DNA of 64,000 nt. It comes from Sulfurimonas sp. Lineage in GTDB: Bacteria > Campylobacterota > Campylobacteria > Campylobacterales > Sulfurimonadaceae. A program made the position numbers and the translations under genes. The stretch is taken from contig JBFHKA010000002.1 of the NCBI GenBank assembly GCA_041595535.1, positions 20,263-84,262 on the forward strand. The letters are read 5' to 3'. Positions 28,860 through 37,401 of the stretch are shown here, one piece after another. Below the pieces are notes generated by a model, which was not told where the DNA came from, did no database searches, and worked only from the letters and a program-made list of their open reading frames with translations. Within the stretch, counting starts at the first letter, position 1. Every line of letters starts with the position of its first letter.

Positions 28860-30311
28860 TCACTTTTCTACAATTATAAAACTATCTGGCATAGTAGATT
28901 TATATTTTGGCATACTTTGCCCAATATTTGCATTAATGTAAGTAGGATCTGCTATAACGAACCTTCTATTCCCACCTTTAAGACTATCACCTTGTATTGG
29001 TATATAAAGCCCTGTAGCCATATGATCTTTATATTTTATACCGATAACACCTATACCAAACAATCTTTTTACAAGATAAGAGAAAAGTATCGCTCTATCT
29101 TCACAATCTGATTTATTATAAGAAAGTGTCTCCTCTGCAAACATAACCTTTTCACGTCCAAATTGAGTATCATCTCTCTCATACATAAAAGCGCTTTGTA
29201 CAAAATGAAGTACAAAATTAATGGCAACACTTGCTTGCTTTGCATTTACATACTTTTTTATTTCACTTGCTATATCATTATATGTACTCTCTTGCATAGG
29301 TGCATTAAAGTATGTTTCATAATCTGCTTGTGGGTATGTAGCCATAAAATCAATAATATTCTTGTTATACCTATAAGAGATGCTATATTCTTTTTCATAT
29401 TCCCTAAATGTAACTGTTTTTTTCTGGAAATTTTGTACAAAGTTAGGAAGCTTTTTAAGCTCTAAATTGAGTGGATTCTCTGCTTGAGGATAACTCTGTG
29501 TATAGGTATAAACTCTGCTAGTGTTCCCCTTTGCGTAGTTTGCAATCACATAATACTTCTTTGTAGCAAAAGTGAAACTTGGTGTTGCATAAATTGTCTT
29601 TTTACTATAATGCATTAGAACTACATGTTTATTTGAAAGTCCCACTTTTACGTCATAACCAAGTTTATTTAAAACAAACCAAGTAAAAAGTTTACTTGCA
29701 TCTTGACTATCATAGATAGCTTGAGAAAGTTTTAGTGTTAAAAGATAAATTCCCCAATCATTAAGCTCTAATGTCTGACTCTTCTTTTTGATTACTCTTA
29801 CTATATCTTCATAATCACTTGATGCAAGGACACTAAAGAAATTTGAAATTCCCGCTTGAGAATAAGGATAAAATTTTGCAGCCTTTATCTTTGCTTGTAC
29901 ATCAAAACCTAAAGATTCACCAAAAAATTCAAACTCTGCATCATGTTTTACAAGAGATACTGGAGTTACTTCAATTGAATTGTTGTCTTCTACATTCTTT
30001 TGAATTTTAATAATTACTTGTGGCCCTACACTTTGCATCTCTTTTGGTAGAGTTGATTCTATATATTTTGGTTTTTCTTTTTCATAATGAGGTTTTCCCA
30101 TTTGGGCTGTATACTCATCCCATTGAGCTTTTAAGTAGTTGTTAAATGCAGCATCTCTATCATCTTTATATTTCGTAAATGCGCTCTCTTCTGAACGCTT
30201 AAACTCTTCAAAACTTTGTGAAAAAAGTGTTGTAGATAGAAAAAGAAATACTAGATTAAAAAGGCCAAACAGCCTGTATAAGTTTTGTTCCCCAACCTTG
30301 TTTTGTTGCAC
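28860..30311 (-). CDS. Exported protein with C-terminal transglutaminase-like Cys-His-Asp motif
   Basis: Signal-like stretch YRLFGLFNLVFLFLSTTLFS; SDCEDRAILF, DHMATG, ADPTY. Start uncertain (GTG30311 or ATG30353), overlapping the 3' end of flgH. Confidence 0.7.
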   Translation of the reverse strand: MQQNKVGEQNLYRLFGLFNLVFLFLSTTLFSQSFEEFKRSEESAFTKYKDDRDAAFNNYLKAQWDEYTAQMGKPHYEKEKPKYIESTLPKEMQSVGPQVIIKIQKNVEDNNSIEVTPVSLVKHDAEFEFFGESLGFDVQAKIKAAKFYPYSQAGISNFFSVLASSDYEDIVRVIKKKSQTLELNDWGIYLLTLKLSQAIYDSQDASKLFTWFVLNKLGYDVKVGLSNKHVVLMHYSKKTIYATPSFTFATKKYYVIANYAKGNTSRVYTYTQSYPQAENPLNLELKKLPNFVQNFQKKTVTFREYEKEYSISYRYNKNIIDFMATYPQADYETYFNAPMQESTYNDIASEIKKYVNAKQASVAINFVLHFVQSAFMYERDDTQFGREKVMFAEETLSYNKSDCEDRAILFSYLVKRLFGIGVIGIKYKDHMATGLYIPIQGDSLKGGNRRFVIADPTYINANIGQSMPKYKSTMPDSFIIVEK

Positions 30312-30981
30312 GATCCACATCTCCCTCAGTTCTATAAAGAATTTTTGCATCACTCATTTGAGCAGAATTTATTTTGTTATATTGGTCTATATCATAAGGG
30401 CGAATAACACCACTAATTTGCACTAGTTGCTTTTGATCATCTATGAGTATCTCTCTACTTCCTGCAATGTAGTAATTTCCATTCTGAAGAACCTTGATAA
30501 CTCTTGCAGAAACAGTAGTTGTGAAACTAGCATCTTTAGTTGCACTTGCTTTGCCTGAAAAAGTGCCTGTAGATGTTGTATTATACCCAATATCTGTATA
30601 ACCATTCACAGCTGATATAGCATTATTTACAGTAGAATTTCCAGCTCCAGCAGATGAGAACAATCCTCCACCTAAACTACTTTCATCACTTTTACTTAAT
30701 GCTCTTGCCCCTGTATTAGAGCTTTGCGCAGTCTCTGAAATCACTACAGTGACTATATCATTGACGTGCATTGCTTTATGGTCTGAAAAAAGAGGGTTGT
30801 CTCCCTGTCCAAAAATACTTCCAGTAGATGCAAAATCTTCTCTTGTTTCTTGAGCTGGCATCTGCTCTACATAAACAGGTGGCTCAAAGTTAATTTCTGG
30901 TTCTGTAAGATTTGCAGTACATCCAGTAAAAACAAGCATAACTAAAAGGAATATAAAAATAGAGAATAAAGTTTTTTTCAT
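30256..30981 (-). CDS. flgH: Flagellar basal body L-ring protein
   Basis: Lipobox VFTGC; LFSDHKAMHVNDIVTVVI, VSARVIKVLQNGNY, ISGVIRPYDI, SAQMSDAKI, QGWG. Confidence 0.96.
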   Translation of the reverse strand: MKKTLFSIFIFLLVMLVFTGCTANLTEPEINFEPPVYVEQMPAQETREDFASTGSIFGQGDNPLFSDHKAMHVNDIVTVVISETAQSSNTGARALSKSDESSLGGGLFSSAGAGNSTVNNAISAVNGYTDIGYNTTSTGTFSGKASATKDASFTTTVSARVIKVLQNGNYYIAGSREILIDDQKQLVQISGVIRPYDIDQYNKINSAQMSDAKILYRTEGDVDRATKQGWGTKLIQAVWPF

Positions 30982-31013
30982 ATGTATCACTTTGATAGTA
31001 GGGTATCTTTAGC

Positions 31014-31019
31014 TATAAT
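31014..31019 (+). promoter_or_regulatory. sigma70 -10 box for the YqeY gene
   Basis: GCTATAAT about 39 nt upstream of ATG31058. Confidence 0.55.
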
Positions 31020-31021
31020 TC

Positions 31022-31039
31022 TAGCAACTTTAGTTCCAA
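31022..31039 (-). promoter_or_regulatory. sigma54 (-24/-12) promoter of flgH
   Basis: Minus strand TTGGAACTAAAGTTGCTA = GG-N10-GC, the Campylobacter-type TGGAAC-N4-TTGC; about 40 nt upstream of flgH, a known sigma54 gene in this phylum. Confidence 0.85.
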
Positions 31040-31057
31040 AGATAAGGATTGATAACT

Positions 31058-31501
31058 ATGTCATTAAGAGAACAAATTAACACTGATGTAAAAGAGGCTA
31101 TGAAAGCTAAAGATACAAAAAAAAGAGATGCTCTGCGTCTACTTACAAGCGCTTTTAAACAGATAGAAGTAGATGAGAGAAAAGAGCTTAATGATGAAGA
31201 CGTCATTAAAATTATTCAAACACAAGTAAAACGTAGAGACGATGCAGCGACTCAATACAGAGATGCAGGTCGTGAAGATTTAATGCAGATAGAACTCGAT
31301 GAGATAGAGTACTATAAAGTATACTTGCCACAACAACTCACGGACGAAGAGCTTACAACTGCTCTACAGGTAATTATTACTCAAGTTGGAGCTACTACAA
31401 TTAAAGATATGGGTAAAATTATGGGTGTGGCTTCAAAAGAACTTGCGGGTAAAGCTGATGGCAAACGCATTAACGAATGTGTAAAAACTATCTTAGGATA
31501 G
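31058..31501 (+). CDS. GatB/YqeY domain protein
   Basis: KEAMKAKD...RDALR, YRDAGREDL, EIEYYKVYLPQQL, KDMGKIMG, GKADGK; AAGGA RBS. Confidence 0.95.
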   Translation: MSLREQINTDVKEAMKAKDTKKRDALRLLTSAFKQIEVDERKELNDEDVIKIIQTQVKRRDDAATQYRDAGREDLMQIELDEIEYYKVYLPQQLTDEELTTALQVIITQVGATTIKDMGKIMGVASKELAGKADGKRINECVKTILG

Positions 31502-31550
31502 TTTTTACCAAGAATCTCAATATTTTTTCTGCATCAAGATTGTTTTAGAA

Positions 31551-31715
31551 TCAATCAGTTTTTTTCTCTATATATGCTGCCCCGTCATTAACCTTGTCTT
31601 TGCTCCACTCTGCATTATCAGTTGTGTCTTTTTTTGCACCTTGCCATGTCTCACTACAACCACTAGCCATGAGTAGTACAAATAGAAGTAGTATAAATGT
31701 TAGACTCTTTTTCAT
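31551..31715 (-). CDS. Small lipoprotein, entericidin EcnA/B-like (54 aa; not in the ORF track)
   Basis: MKKSLTFILLLFVLLMASGCSETWQGAKKDTTDNAEWSKDKVNDGAAYIEKKTD; lipobox MASGC, the TWQGAKKD motif, AAGGAT RBS. Confidence 0.8.
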   Translation of the reverse strand: MKKSLTFILLLFVLLMASGCSETWQGAKKDTTDNAEWSKDKVNDGAAYIEKKTD

Positions 31716-31754
31716 TTTAAATCCTTTTATTTTGTGAAGAGTTTTCTACGACTC

Positions 31755-31901
31755 TTAGATCCGTCTGCCTTGTATAACACGAACCAGAATAGTTATAAGG
31801 GCGATAACTAAGAGAATATGAATTAATCCTCCCATCGTGTATGAACTGACAAGTCCTAGAAGCCAAAGGATGATTAGAATTATTGCAATAGTCTCAAGCA
31901 T
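31755..31901 (-). CDS. lmo0937/DUF5670-like small membrane protein (48 aa; not in the ORF track)
   Basis: MLETIAIILIILWLLGLVSSYTMGGLIHILLVIALITILVRVIQGRRI; LWLLG...GGLIHILLV signature, GGAGA RBS. Confidence 0.85.
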   Translation of the reverse strand: MLETIAIILIILWLLGLVSSYTMGGLIHILLVIALITILVRVIQGRRI

Positions 31902-31922
31902 ATTATTTCTCCATCTTGTTAA

Positions 31923-31958
31923 TAAGGTTTTTTACGGAACATTGTCCCTTAAACCTTA
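31923..31958. repeat. Inverted repeat upstream of the two small genes
   Basis: TAAGGTTT-N20-AAACCTTA. Confidence 0.5.
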
Positions 31959-32131
31959 ATTTTGCAAAGTCTTAATATATTTTTTCAAACCAAAACTGAC
32001 AGTATTAAAAATATAAGAAATCACCACTTTATCTATATATGCACCTGTAGCTGTAATGTTTTAGCATTGCAGATGACACTACTATACAGCAATATTTCTT
32101 TTTTGGGGTCTTTAGATGAAGTTATATGATT

Positions 32132-35100
32132 CTACCAGTCATCTAGCACAAAAGGTTTCGGCTCTTTTTCGGTACTTTTCACCTCAACATTTTTATTAAT
32201 TTCAGGCTCTTTAACAACTTCTACTTTTTGTTTATTCATCTGTTCTTCAAACTGCAACTCTAAACCTTTGCTTGTCATAATAAAACCATTAACTTGTAGT
32301 TTTCCATCATGGATTTGATTATGATGTTCTTTACACAAAGGTACAAGATTATGCTTATTATCTTTATGAAAATGCCCTATAAAACCTGCTTTATCGGCTA
32401 AAGAGCGTTGTGATATATGATGCACGTCCTCGGCCACAGCTCCACAAATAATACACTTAGTTACATAGAGATCTTTGTTATACTTACTTGTTTTTTTCTT
32501 CACTAAGAGTTCAAGTTCATCAAAATCATTTGCCAATCTTTTACGAATCTTGTTGGCAACATCTAAAAACTCACTATCCATATGAAGAGACTTTGCGAAC
32601 TCCAAACCATAGATGCTACTTCCACTTCCTGCCTGTAAAATTCGGTTAAAAACTAAAGAGTCTTTCTCTTCGTCATACTCCACACTTAAATGTAAATCAA
32701 CCACATTTTTAAGCACTCGAATCTCTTGCATTGTAGAGAGTTGATGTAGGTGAGTTGCAAAGAGAAAAAGACAACGTACATCAGAGAGTTTTTTAATTGC
32801 ACTTGCGACTATAGCAACGCCAGAGAGTGTCTCAGTTCCATGACTTATCTCATCACCTAAAACAAGAGAACGTACACTACAACGGTTGAAAATGTTTTTT
32901 AGTTCAAGCATTTCAACCGCAAAAGTCGAAAGCCCTTTTGCTAAATTATCTTTAGAAACTATACGTGTAAAAAGAGAATCAAAAAGAGTAAACTTCATAA
33001 CGGCTGCACTTACAAAAAATCCAGATTGTGCCATCAACGTGGCAATTCCAATACTCTTCATTAGAGAAGATTTTCCACTCGAGTTTATACCGTAGAGTAA
33101 AACACCATTTATATCATGTCCATCATGTACACCTACTTCAAGCATAACACTTTCAGGGTGTGGCAAATCCATATAGTCCCGATTGCCCATAACTATATCA
33201 TTTGGAATATAAATTCCACCGCGTTCCTGTATCTCTATGAGTGGGTGACGCAGTTGCATTATTTGCATAAAATTCTCATCATTTTTTGCTTCAACTATCA
33301 TAGGACGAGAGTGTTTATAGAGTAGTGCAATTTTAGAAGAGCTTACGCCTACATCAAGATCTGAGACATACGCTATAACTCTATCAAAAAGTAGCGAGTA
33401 GCGTCTCTCAAAAACTCCCTGCAACTGCATATATCTCTCTTTTACAAGCGTTACTATTTTTCTGCGATTTTTCATGATTTTATCGGAGAGGTCATCTGTA
33501 AAAGTAGAAGTGATTTTGACATTGTTCGTCAATTTTTTTACACTGTACTTACTGAACTCTTCATCACTTTTAAAGAGTGTCTCTATAAGTGAAAAACGAT
33601 TTTTACTGAGTGATATATAATACCCCTCTTTCTCTAAAAGTCCTAATGTCACAAGTTTACTTGAGCTTCCTGCATTTACGCTCTCTAGTAGTACTTCTAT
33701 CTTTTTTGTAATATCTTCAAAAGCGATAAGCATAATGTCATTCTCTTTGACAAGTGTATCTATAGATTCATCAACACCACTCATCAAAAAGTTCTCATCT
33801 ACAGTTGCATTTGTAAAGCGACGTGAAACATCTAAATCTATGCTTTTATGAATGTCACGTAAGAACTCATCTAGTTCACTCTCATGAAAGGGAGTTTTTT
33901 GAATTTTATGTTTTTTTACATACAGCATCAACTCTTTGACACTTGTTATTGACTCGTAAACATGATTCATTTCAAATGGATGAAGCCTACCAAGACTTAA
34001 CCTACGTGAGAGTCTCTCTAAGTCATAAACACCACGCATCATCTCATCCAAATAGCGGACATGAGAAGAGACTCTCTCTATAAGATTGTATCTGCGTTCA
34101 AGTTCCTCTTTTTCCATTATTGGATTGAGAAGTCTCTCTTTTAGTAAGCGTCTTCCTATAGCTGTAGCACTTCTATCTAACATCTTTAGAAGTGTGAACT
34201 CTCTTTTATCTTTTGAGATAATTCCCATCTGCTCTAGGGCATTGTTTCCAAGGTACATAAAACGACGATTATCTATAAGGCGTGGCATTGCCATCTTTTG
34301 CACAATGTGATAATCATGCTCTATGACGAAATGAATTAAAATCGCTAAAGCTTCCGTAATCATAGGAGAGCGTTCTAAATCTAAATGTTCTATAGGAGAG
34401 AGAAGAGATTGTATCTGATAAACTTCGGCAAATAGTTTGTTTTGAAACTCTATCTTTGGTCTTTCATTGTTTACAGAGTAGTGATAGTGGTCTAGAATCT
34501 CAAGATAACTCATTACATGACGTTGATCACTGATGCCATCAAGAAAGGTTATCACTACCTCACTTGTTTTATGTACATTTAAAAGATTAAAGACTTCATC
34601 AAGTGCATATGCTGGGTCTTCACTAGTTCCATGTGTCTCATAGAGCCATGTTTTACCCGTTGTTACATCTATTGCAGAGTATCCAACTGTATAAATATCT
34701 CTATACTTATCTATTAAAAGAGAGACGATGTAATTATCATCGTTATCTACTATGTGGTCAAAATTTGTTCCTGGAGAGACAATTTGTGCTATATAACGGC
34801 TGATTTTTGGGGGATTGCCTTTTTGTTTTACAACAATCACTGTATACTTTTGCTCACTTATTAATCTGTTAAGATAACGTTCAAATGAAACAGCAGGAAC
34901 ACCCGCTAAAAGTGGATTTTTATCGGAGTTTTCTATGATATTTTTATTTTTTTTCGTCAGTTGGATATTTAGAAGTTCTGCTATCTCTTTAGCTTTTCCT
35001 ATCTGTTCTTCGTCATTATTGACCTCATAAACTTCAAAGAATGTTCCTATTTCCATAAAAACAACCGTATCGTTTCCATATTTTGCTTCAAAATGTCTTT

Positions 35101-35173
35101 GAAGGTCAAAATATGTCTGAGTCAACAGTTTATCTTTTTGATTTAAAATTTTATTGATATTAAATGAGAGCAT
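32132..35173 (-). CDS. mutS: MutS family protein with C-terminal HNH endonuclease (MutS7-like)
   Basis: Mismatch-binding [11 protein letters not shown]; Walker A GINSSGKS; STFAVEM; GDEISHGTE; FATHLH; C-terminal CIIC...EDVHHI...[16 protein letters not shown]. Confidence 0.92.
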   Translation of the reverse strand: MLSFNINKILNQKDKLLTQTYFDLQRHFEAKYGNDTVVFMEIGTFFEVYEVNNDEEQIGKAKEIAELLNIQLTKKNKNIIENSDKNPLLAGVPAVSFERYLNRLISEQKYTVIVVKQKGNPPKISRYIAQIVSPGTNFDHIVDNDDNYIVSLLIDKYRDIYTVGYSAIDVTTGKTWLYETHGTSEDPAYALDEVFNLLNVHKTSEVVITFLDGISDQRHVMSYLEILDHYHYSVNNERPKIEFQNKLFAEVYQIQSLLSPIEHLDLERSPMITEALAILIHFVIEHDYHIVQKMAMPRLIDNRRFMYLGNNALEQMGIISKDKREFTLLKMLDRSATAIGRRLLKERLLNPIMEKEELERRYNLIERVSSHVRYLDEMMRGVYDLERLSRRLSLGRLHPFEMNHVYESITSVKELMLYVKKHKIQKTPFHESELDEFLRDIHKSIDLDVSRRFTNATVDENFLMSGVDESIDTLVKENDIMLIAFEDITKKIEVLLESVNAGSSSKLVTLGLLEKEGYYISLSKNRFSLIETLFKSDEEFSKYSVKKLTNNVKITSTFTDDLSDKIMKNRRKIVTLVKERYMQLQGVFERRYSLLFDRVIAYVSDLDVGVSSSKIALLYKHSRPMIVEAKNDENFMQIMQLRHPLIEIQERGGIYIPNDIVMGNRDYMDLPHPESVMLEVGVHDGHDINGVLLYGINSSGKSSLMKSIGIATLMAQSGFFVSAAVMKFTLFDSLFTRIVSKDNLAKGLSTFAVEMLELKNIFNRCSVRSLVLGDEISHGTETLSGVAIVASAIKKLSDVRCLFLFATHLHQLSTMQEIRVLKNVVDLHLSVEYDEEKDSLVFNRILQAGSGSSIYGLEFAKSLHMDSEFLDVANKIRKRLANDFDELELLVKKKTSKYNKDLYVTKCIICGAVAEDVHHISQRSLADKAGFIGHFHKDNKHNLVPLCKEHHNQIHDGKLQVNGFIMTSKGLELQFEEQMNKQKVEVVKEPEINKNVEVKSTEKEPKPFVLDDW

Positions 35174-35203
35174 TAAGTTTCCACTTGTTAAATAGTTAAT
35201 GTG

Positions 35204-35212
35204 ATTATAGCA
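35204..35212 (-). promoter_or_regulatory. Extended -10 for mutS
   Basis: TGCTATAAT 30 nt upstream of the ATG. Confidence 0.7.
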
Positions 35213-35271
35213 TAACCTAATTAGTAAAATTTTATGTAGCTATAGCACACTTTCTAAGTAAAAAAAACTTA

Positions 35272-35778
35272 TTATGCGTTGTTTGATAACTCTTTTTTCT
35301 TTAACTTTACAACAGGTTTTTGAAGTAAAAGATTATTAGGGTAGAAGATTGTATTTCCCTCCCCATCACTCATTTCAATTTGAAAAAGCGATATTTCTTT
35401 AATAATTCCCTCTACACTATTATCACCATCAATAATTTTAATGTTATCCCCAATCTTAGCTGGGAAGTTGAAAAATATAATGATACTAGCCGTAATATTA
35501 CTCAAAATTGACCACTGTGCAAAAAGGGCTACACCTACTATAGCAAAGAAAGAAGAAGCAAAAAGAGCTACACTTTTTATATCTACACTCCAGACAAAAA
35601 AGAGTAAGATTATTGATACAAAAACAAACAAAATTTCAAACACTTTTGATATGTAAAAAATTCTTTTTTGTGGTACTTCTTTAATACGTGCGAATTTATT
35701 TAGTATACTTTTAAAAACTCTAAAACTAATGTACATAGCCACTATAACAGCAATAGTAAGTAATATATCTTTCCCCAT
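35272..35778 (-). CDS. Short MscS-family mechanosensitive channel
   Basis: Start moved to ATG35778 (GGAGA RBS); three TMs, ILSNITASIIIFFNFPAKIGDNI, EGIIKEISLF, IFYPNNLL. Confidence 0.85.
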   Translation of the reverse strand: MGKDILLTIAVIVAMYISFRVFKSILNKFARIKEVPQKRIFYISKVFEILFVFVSIILLFFVWSVDIKSVALFASSFFAIVGVALFAQWSILSNITASIIIFFNFPAKIGDNIKIIDGDNSVEGIIKEISLFQIEMSDGEGNTIFYPNNLLLQKPVVKLKKKELSNNA

Positions 35779-35802
35779 ATTTTCTCCAAATTGTTTTAGC
35801 AA

Positions 35803-35832
35803 TTATACAAAGAAAAAGCCCTCTTTGTATAA
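35803..35832. terminator. 11-bp perfect inverted repeat at the end of the uptake operon, overlapping the mscS -10
   Basis: TTATACAAAGA-AAAAGCCC-TCTTTGTATAA; minus-strand TATAAT at 35802-35807. Confidence 0.5.
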
Positions 35833-35854
35833 AGTATGGAAGATATACACTTTT

Positions 35855-36688
35855 TTAGAGAGTAGTTCCTTGAAGCTTACACTTAAGTGGTAAGCCTTTT
35901 TGAGAATTCCAAGCTATGAATGCCCAAGTAAAAGGTTTTGGATAAGCATTTTTATTTTCTATAAATAGTTCATGATACTCTCTTGCCTTTTGCTGTTGTT
36001 CTTCATTAAGTTCACCTAGACTCCAAATGAGAGACGTTACGAATTCATCTGCACTAGTACTTTTTATGCTTCCTTTTTGTGTAGCTATATAGTCTAGTTG
36101 TGGAAGATAGCCATTTTTATAGAGTAAGATAGGAATATACCAGAAGTCAGGTTTTGCAATAATCTTCTTCCCAATATAGTCTAAGATTTCCATATCAACA
36201 AAACTTCCCCCAGCTTTGTATGTAATATAACACGCTCTTTGAACACGTTCATTCATTTTAGCGAGAGCTTTGTTTATATCTTGTACTTCTACACTACGAG
36301 ATGCTACTGCAATATCTACAAGAGGTAATTCGCTCCAATCATCATCCCAACCTATATGATAGGTTTGTATATTTGTCACACCCTCTTTCGCAGCATAAAT
36401 CTCAAGCTCTTTTAACATTTGTAATGAAAAGTCTATAGCTATAACTTGTTTTACTCTTTTTGCAAGAGGTATTGCAAGTGTTCCAGGTCCACAACCTATA
36501 TCTAAGACAACTTCATCACCTGCAATATCCATACGTGAAATAAACTCTTCAACATAAGAGGAATTTTGCATTGAGACTGCCATCTCTTTAGATTTATCAT
36601 CCCAGTCACTACTACTTTTACCTTTAAAAATTGTGCTTTGTTTATGCTCTTTATACATTTGAGCAAAGTCTATTGGTTCTAAAAACAT
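35855..36688 (-). CDS. Class I SAM-dependent methyltransferase (HI1273/Yc73-like)
   Basis: VLDIGCGPGTLAIPLAKR, IAIDFSLQML, DIAVASRS. Confidence 0.88.
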   Translation of the reverse strand: MFLEPIDFAQMYKEHKQSTIFKGKSSSDWDDKSKEMAVSMQNSSYVEEFISRMDIAGDEVVLDIGCGPGTLAIPLAKRVKQVIAIDFSLQMLKELEIYAAKEGVTNIQTYHIGWDDDWSELPLVDIAVASRSVEVQDINKALAKMNERVQRACYITYKAGGSFVDMEILDYIGKKIIAKPDFWYIPILLYKNGYLPQLDYIATQKGSIKSTSADEFVTSLIWSLGELNEEQQQKAREYHELFIENKNAYPKPFTWAFIAWNSQKGLPLKCKLQGTTL

Positions 36689-36703
36689 TTTTTTCCTTTA
36701 TAG

Positions 36704-37183
36704 TTAATTACGCTCTAACTGCGTTCTTATATGATATTCAATAACTATTGCAATAATCTTCAAAGCATCCGAAGCATTTTGCTCTGAAATTTTTTGGAAA
36801 TTATCTTCAATATTTTGAACATCTATCTTTTGATCTTTTAAAAATAGTACTACACTCTCTGTTTCAAAGTTAAAATTATTACATAGCTCTACTAAACTCC
36901 TATATTTTAAAGTTTTAATTAGCTTATAGTTTCTAGCACTATAATCTAGTTCTTGAAAAAACATAAAACCATACAACTCTAAAAACATTTTTTTAAGCTT
37001 TTCTTTTCTGAGATAGATATGCATAGGCAAAATAATCAGAAAAATTACTCCAACACTTTTATGCAAAAAAAGCATACCCTGATTAGATGTTCCACTGATA
37101 AAGTAGGCACTGCCTCCCAATGCAAAAATAAATAGAATCATAAAAAAAATGATTACAAGCCTTAAAAAAACATCATTTTGCAT
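36704..37183 (-). CDS. DUF4405-like two-TM protein with paired His
   Basis: Start moved to ATG37183 (TAATG coupling); LHKSVGVIFLIILPMHIYL. Confidence 0.65.
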   Translation of the reverse strand: MQNDVFLRLVIIFFMILFIFALGGSAYFISGTSNQGMLFLHKSVGVIFLIILPMHIYLRKEKLKKMFLELYGFMFFQELDYSARNYKLIKTLKYRSLVELCNNFNFETESVVLFLKDQKIDVQNIEDNFQKISEQNASDALKIIAIVIEYHIRTQLERN

Positions 37184-37398
37184 TACACAGATGCTCCCAT
37201 ACACACAAAACTATCGGCAGTCCATCGACGGTAGAGACAGTTATAACAAGAATCTTGTTCGGTAGATGTAACAAGCTCATCTTCATCATTATCAAGTTTA
37301 AACTGCATACATCTTCTTGTAGCTATTATTGCCCTTATATAATCTATTTTTCCATATTTAAATAAAGATGTACCACTTTTATTTTCAAACAATTTCAT
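37183..37398 (-). CDS. Small 4-Cys hypothetical protein (71 aa)
   Basis: C30, C51-x2-C54, C66; embedded in the operon with a 3-nt gap upstream and TAATG coupling downstream. Confidence 0.7.
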   Translation of the reverse strand: MKLFENKSGTSLFKYGKIDYIRAIIATRRCMQFKLDNDEDELVTSTEQDSCYNCLYRRWTADSFVCMGASV

Positions 37399-37401
37399 AT
37401 T

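Noticed and set aside
27627-30311. Canonical LapD/LapG system
   Set aside because: The GGDEF/EAL protein has no TM, periplasmic or HAMP domain, and its GGDEF-EAL is soluble; no T1SS adhesin is in the window.
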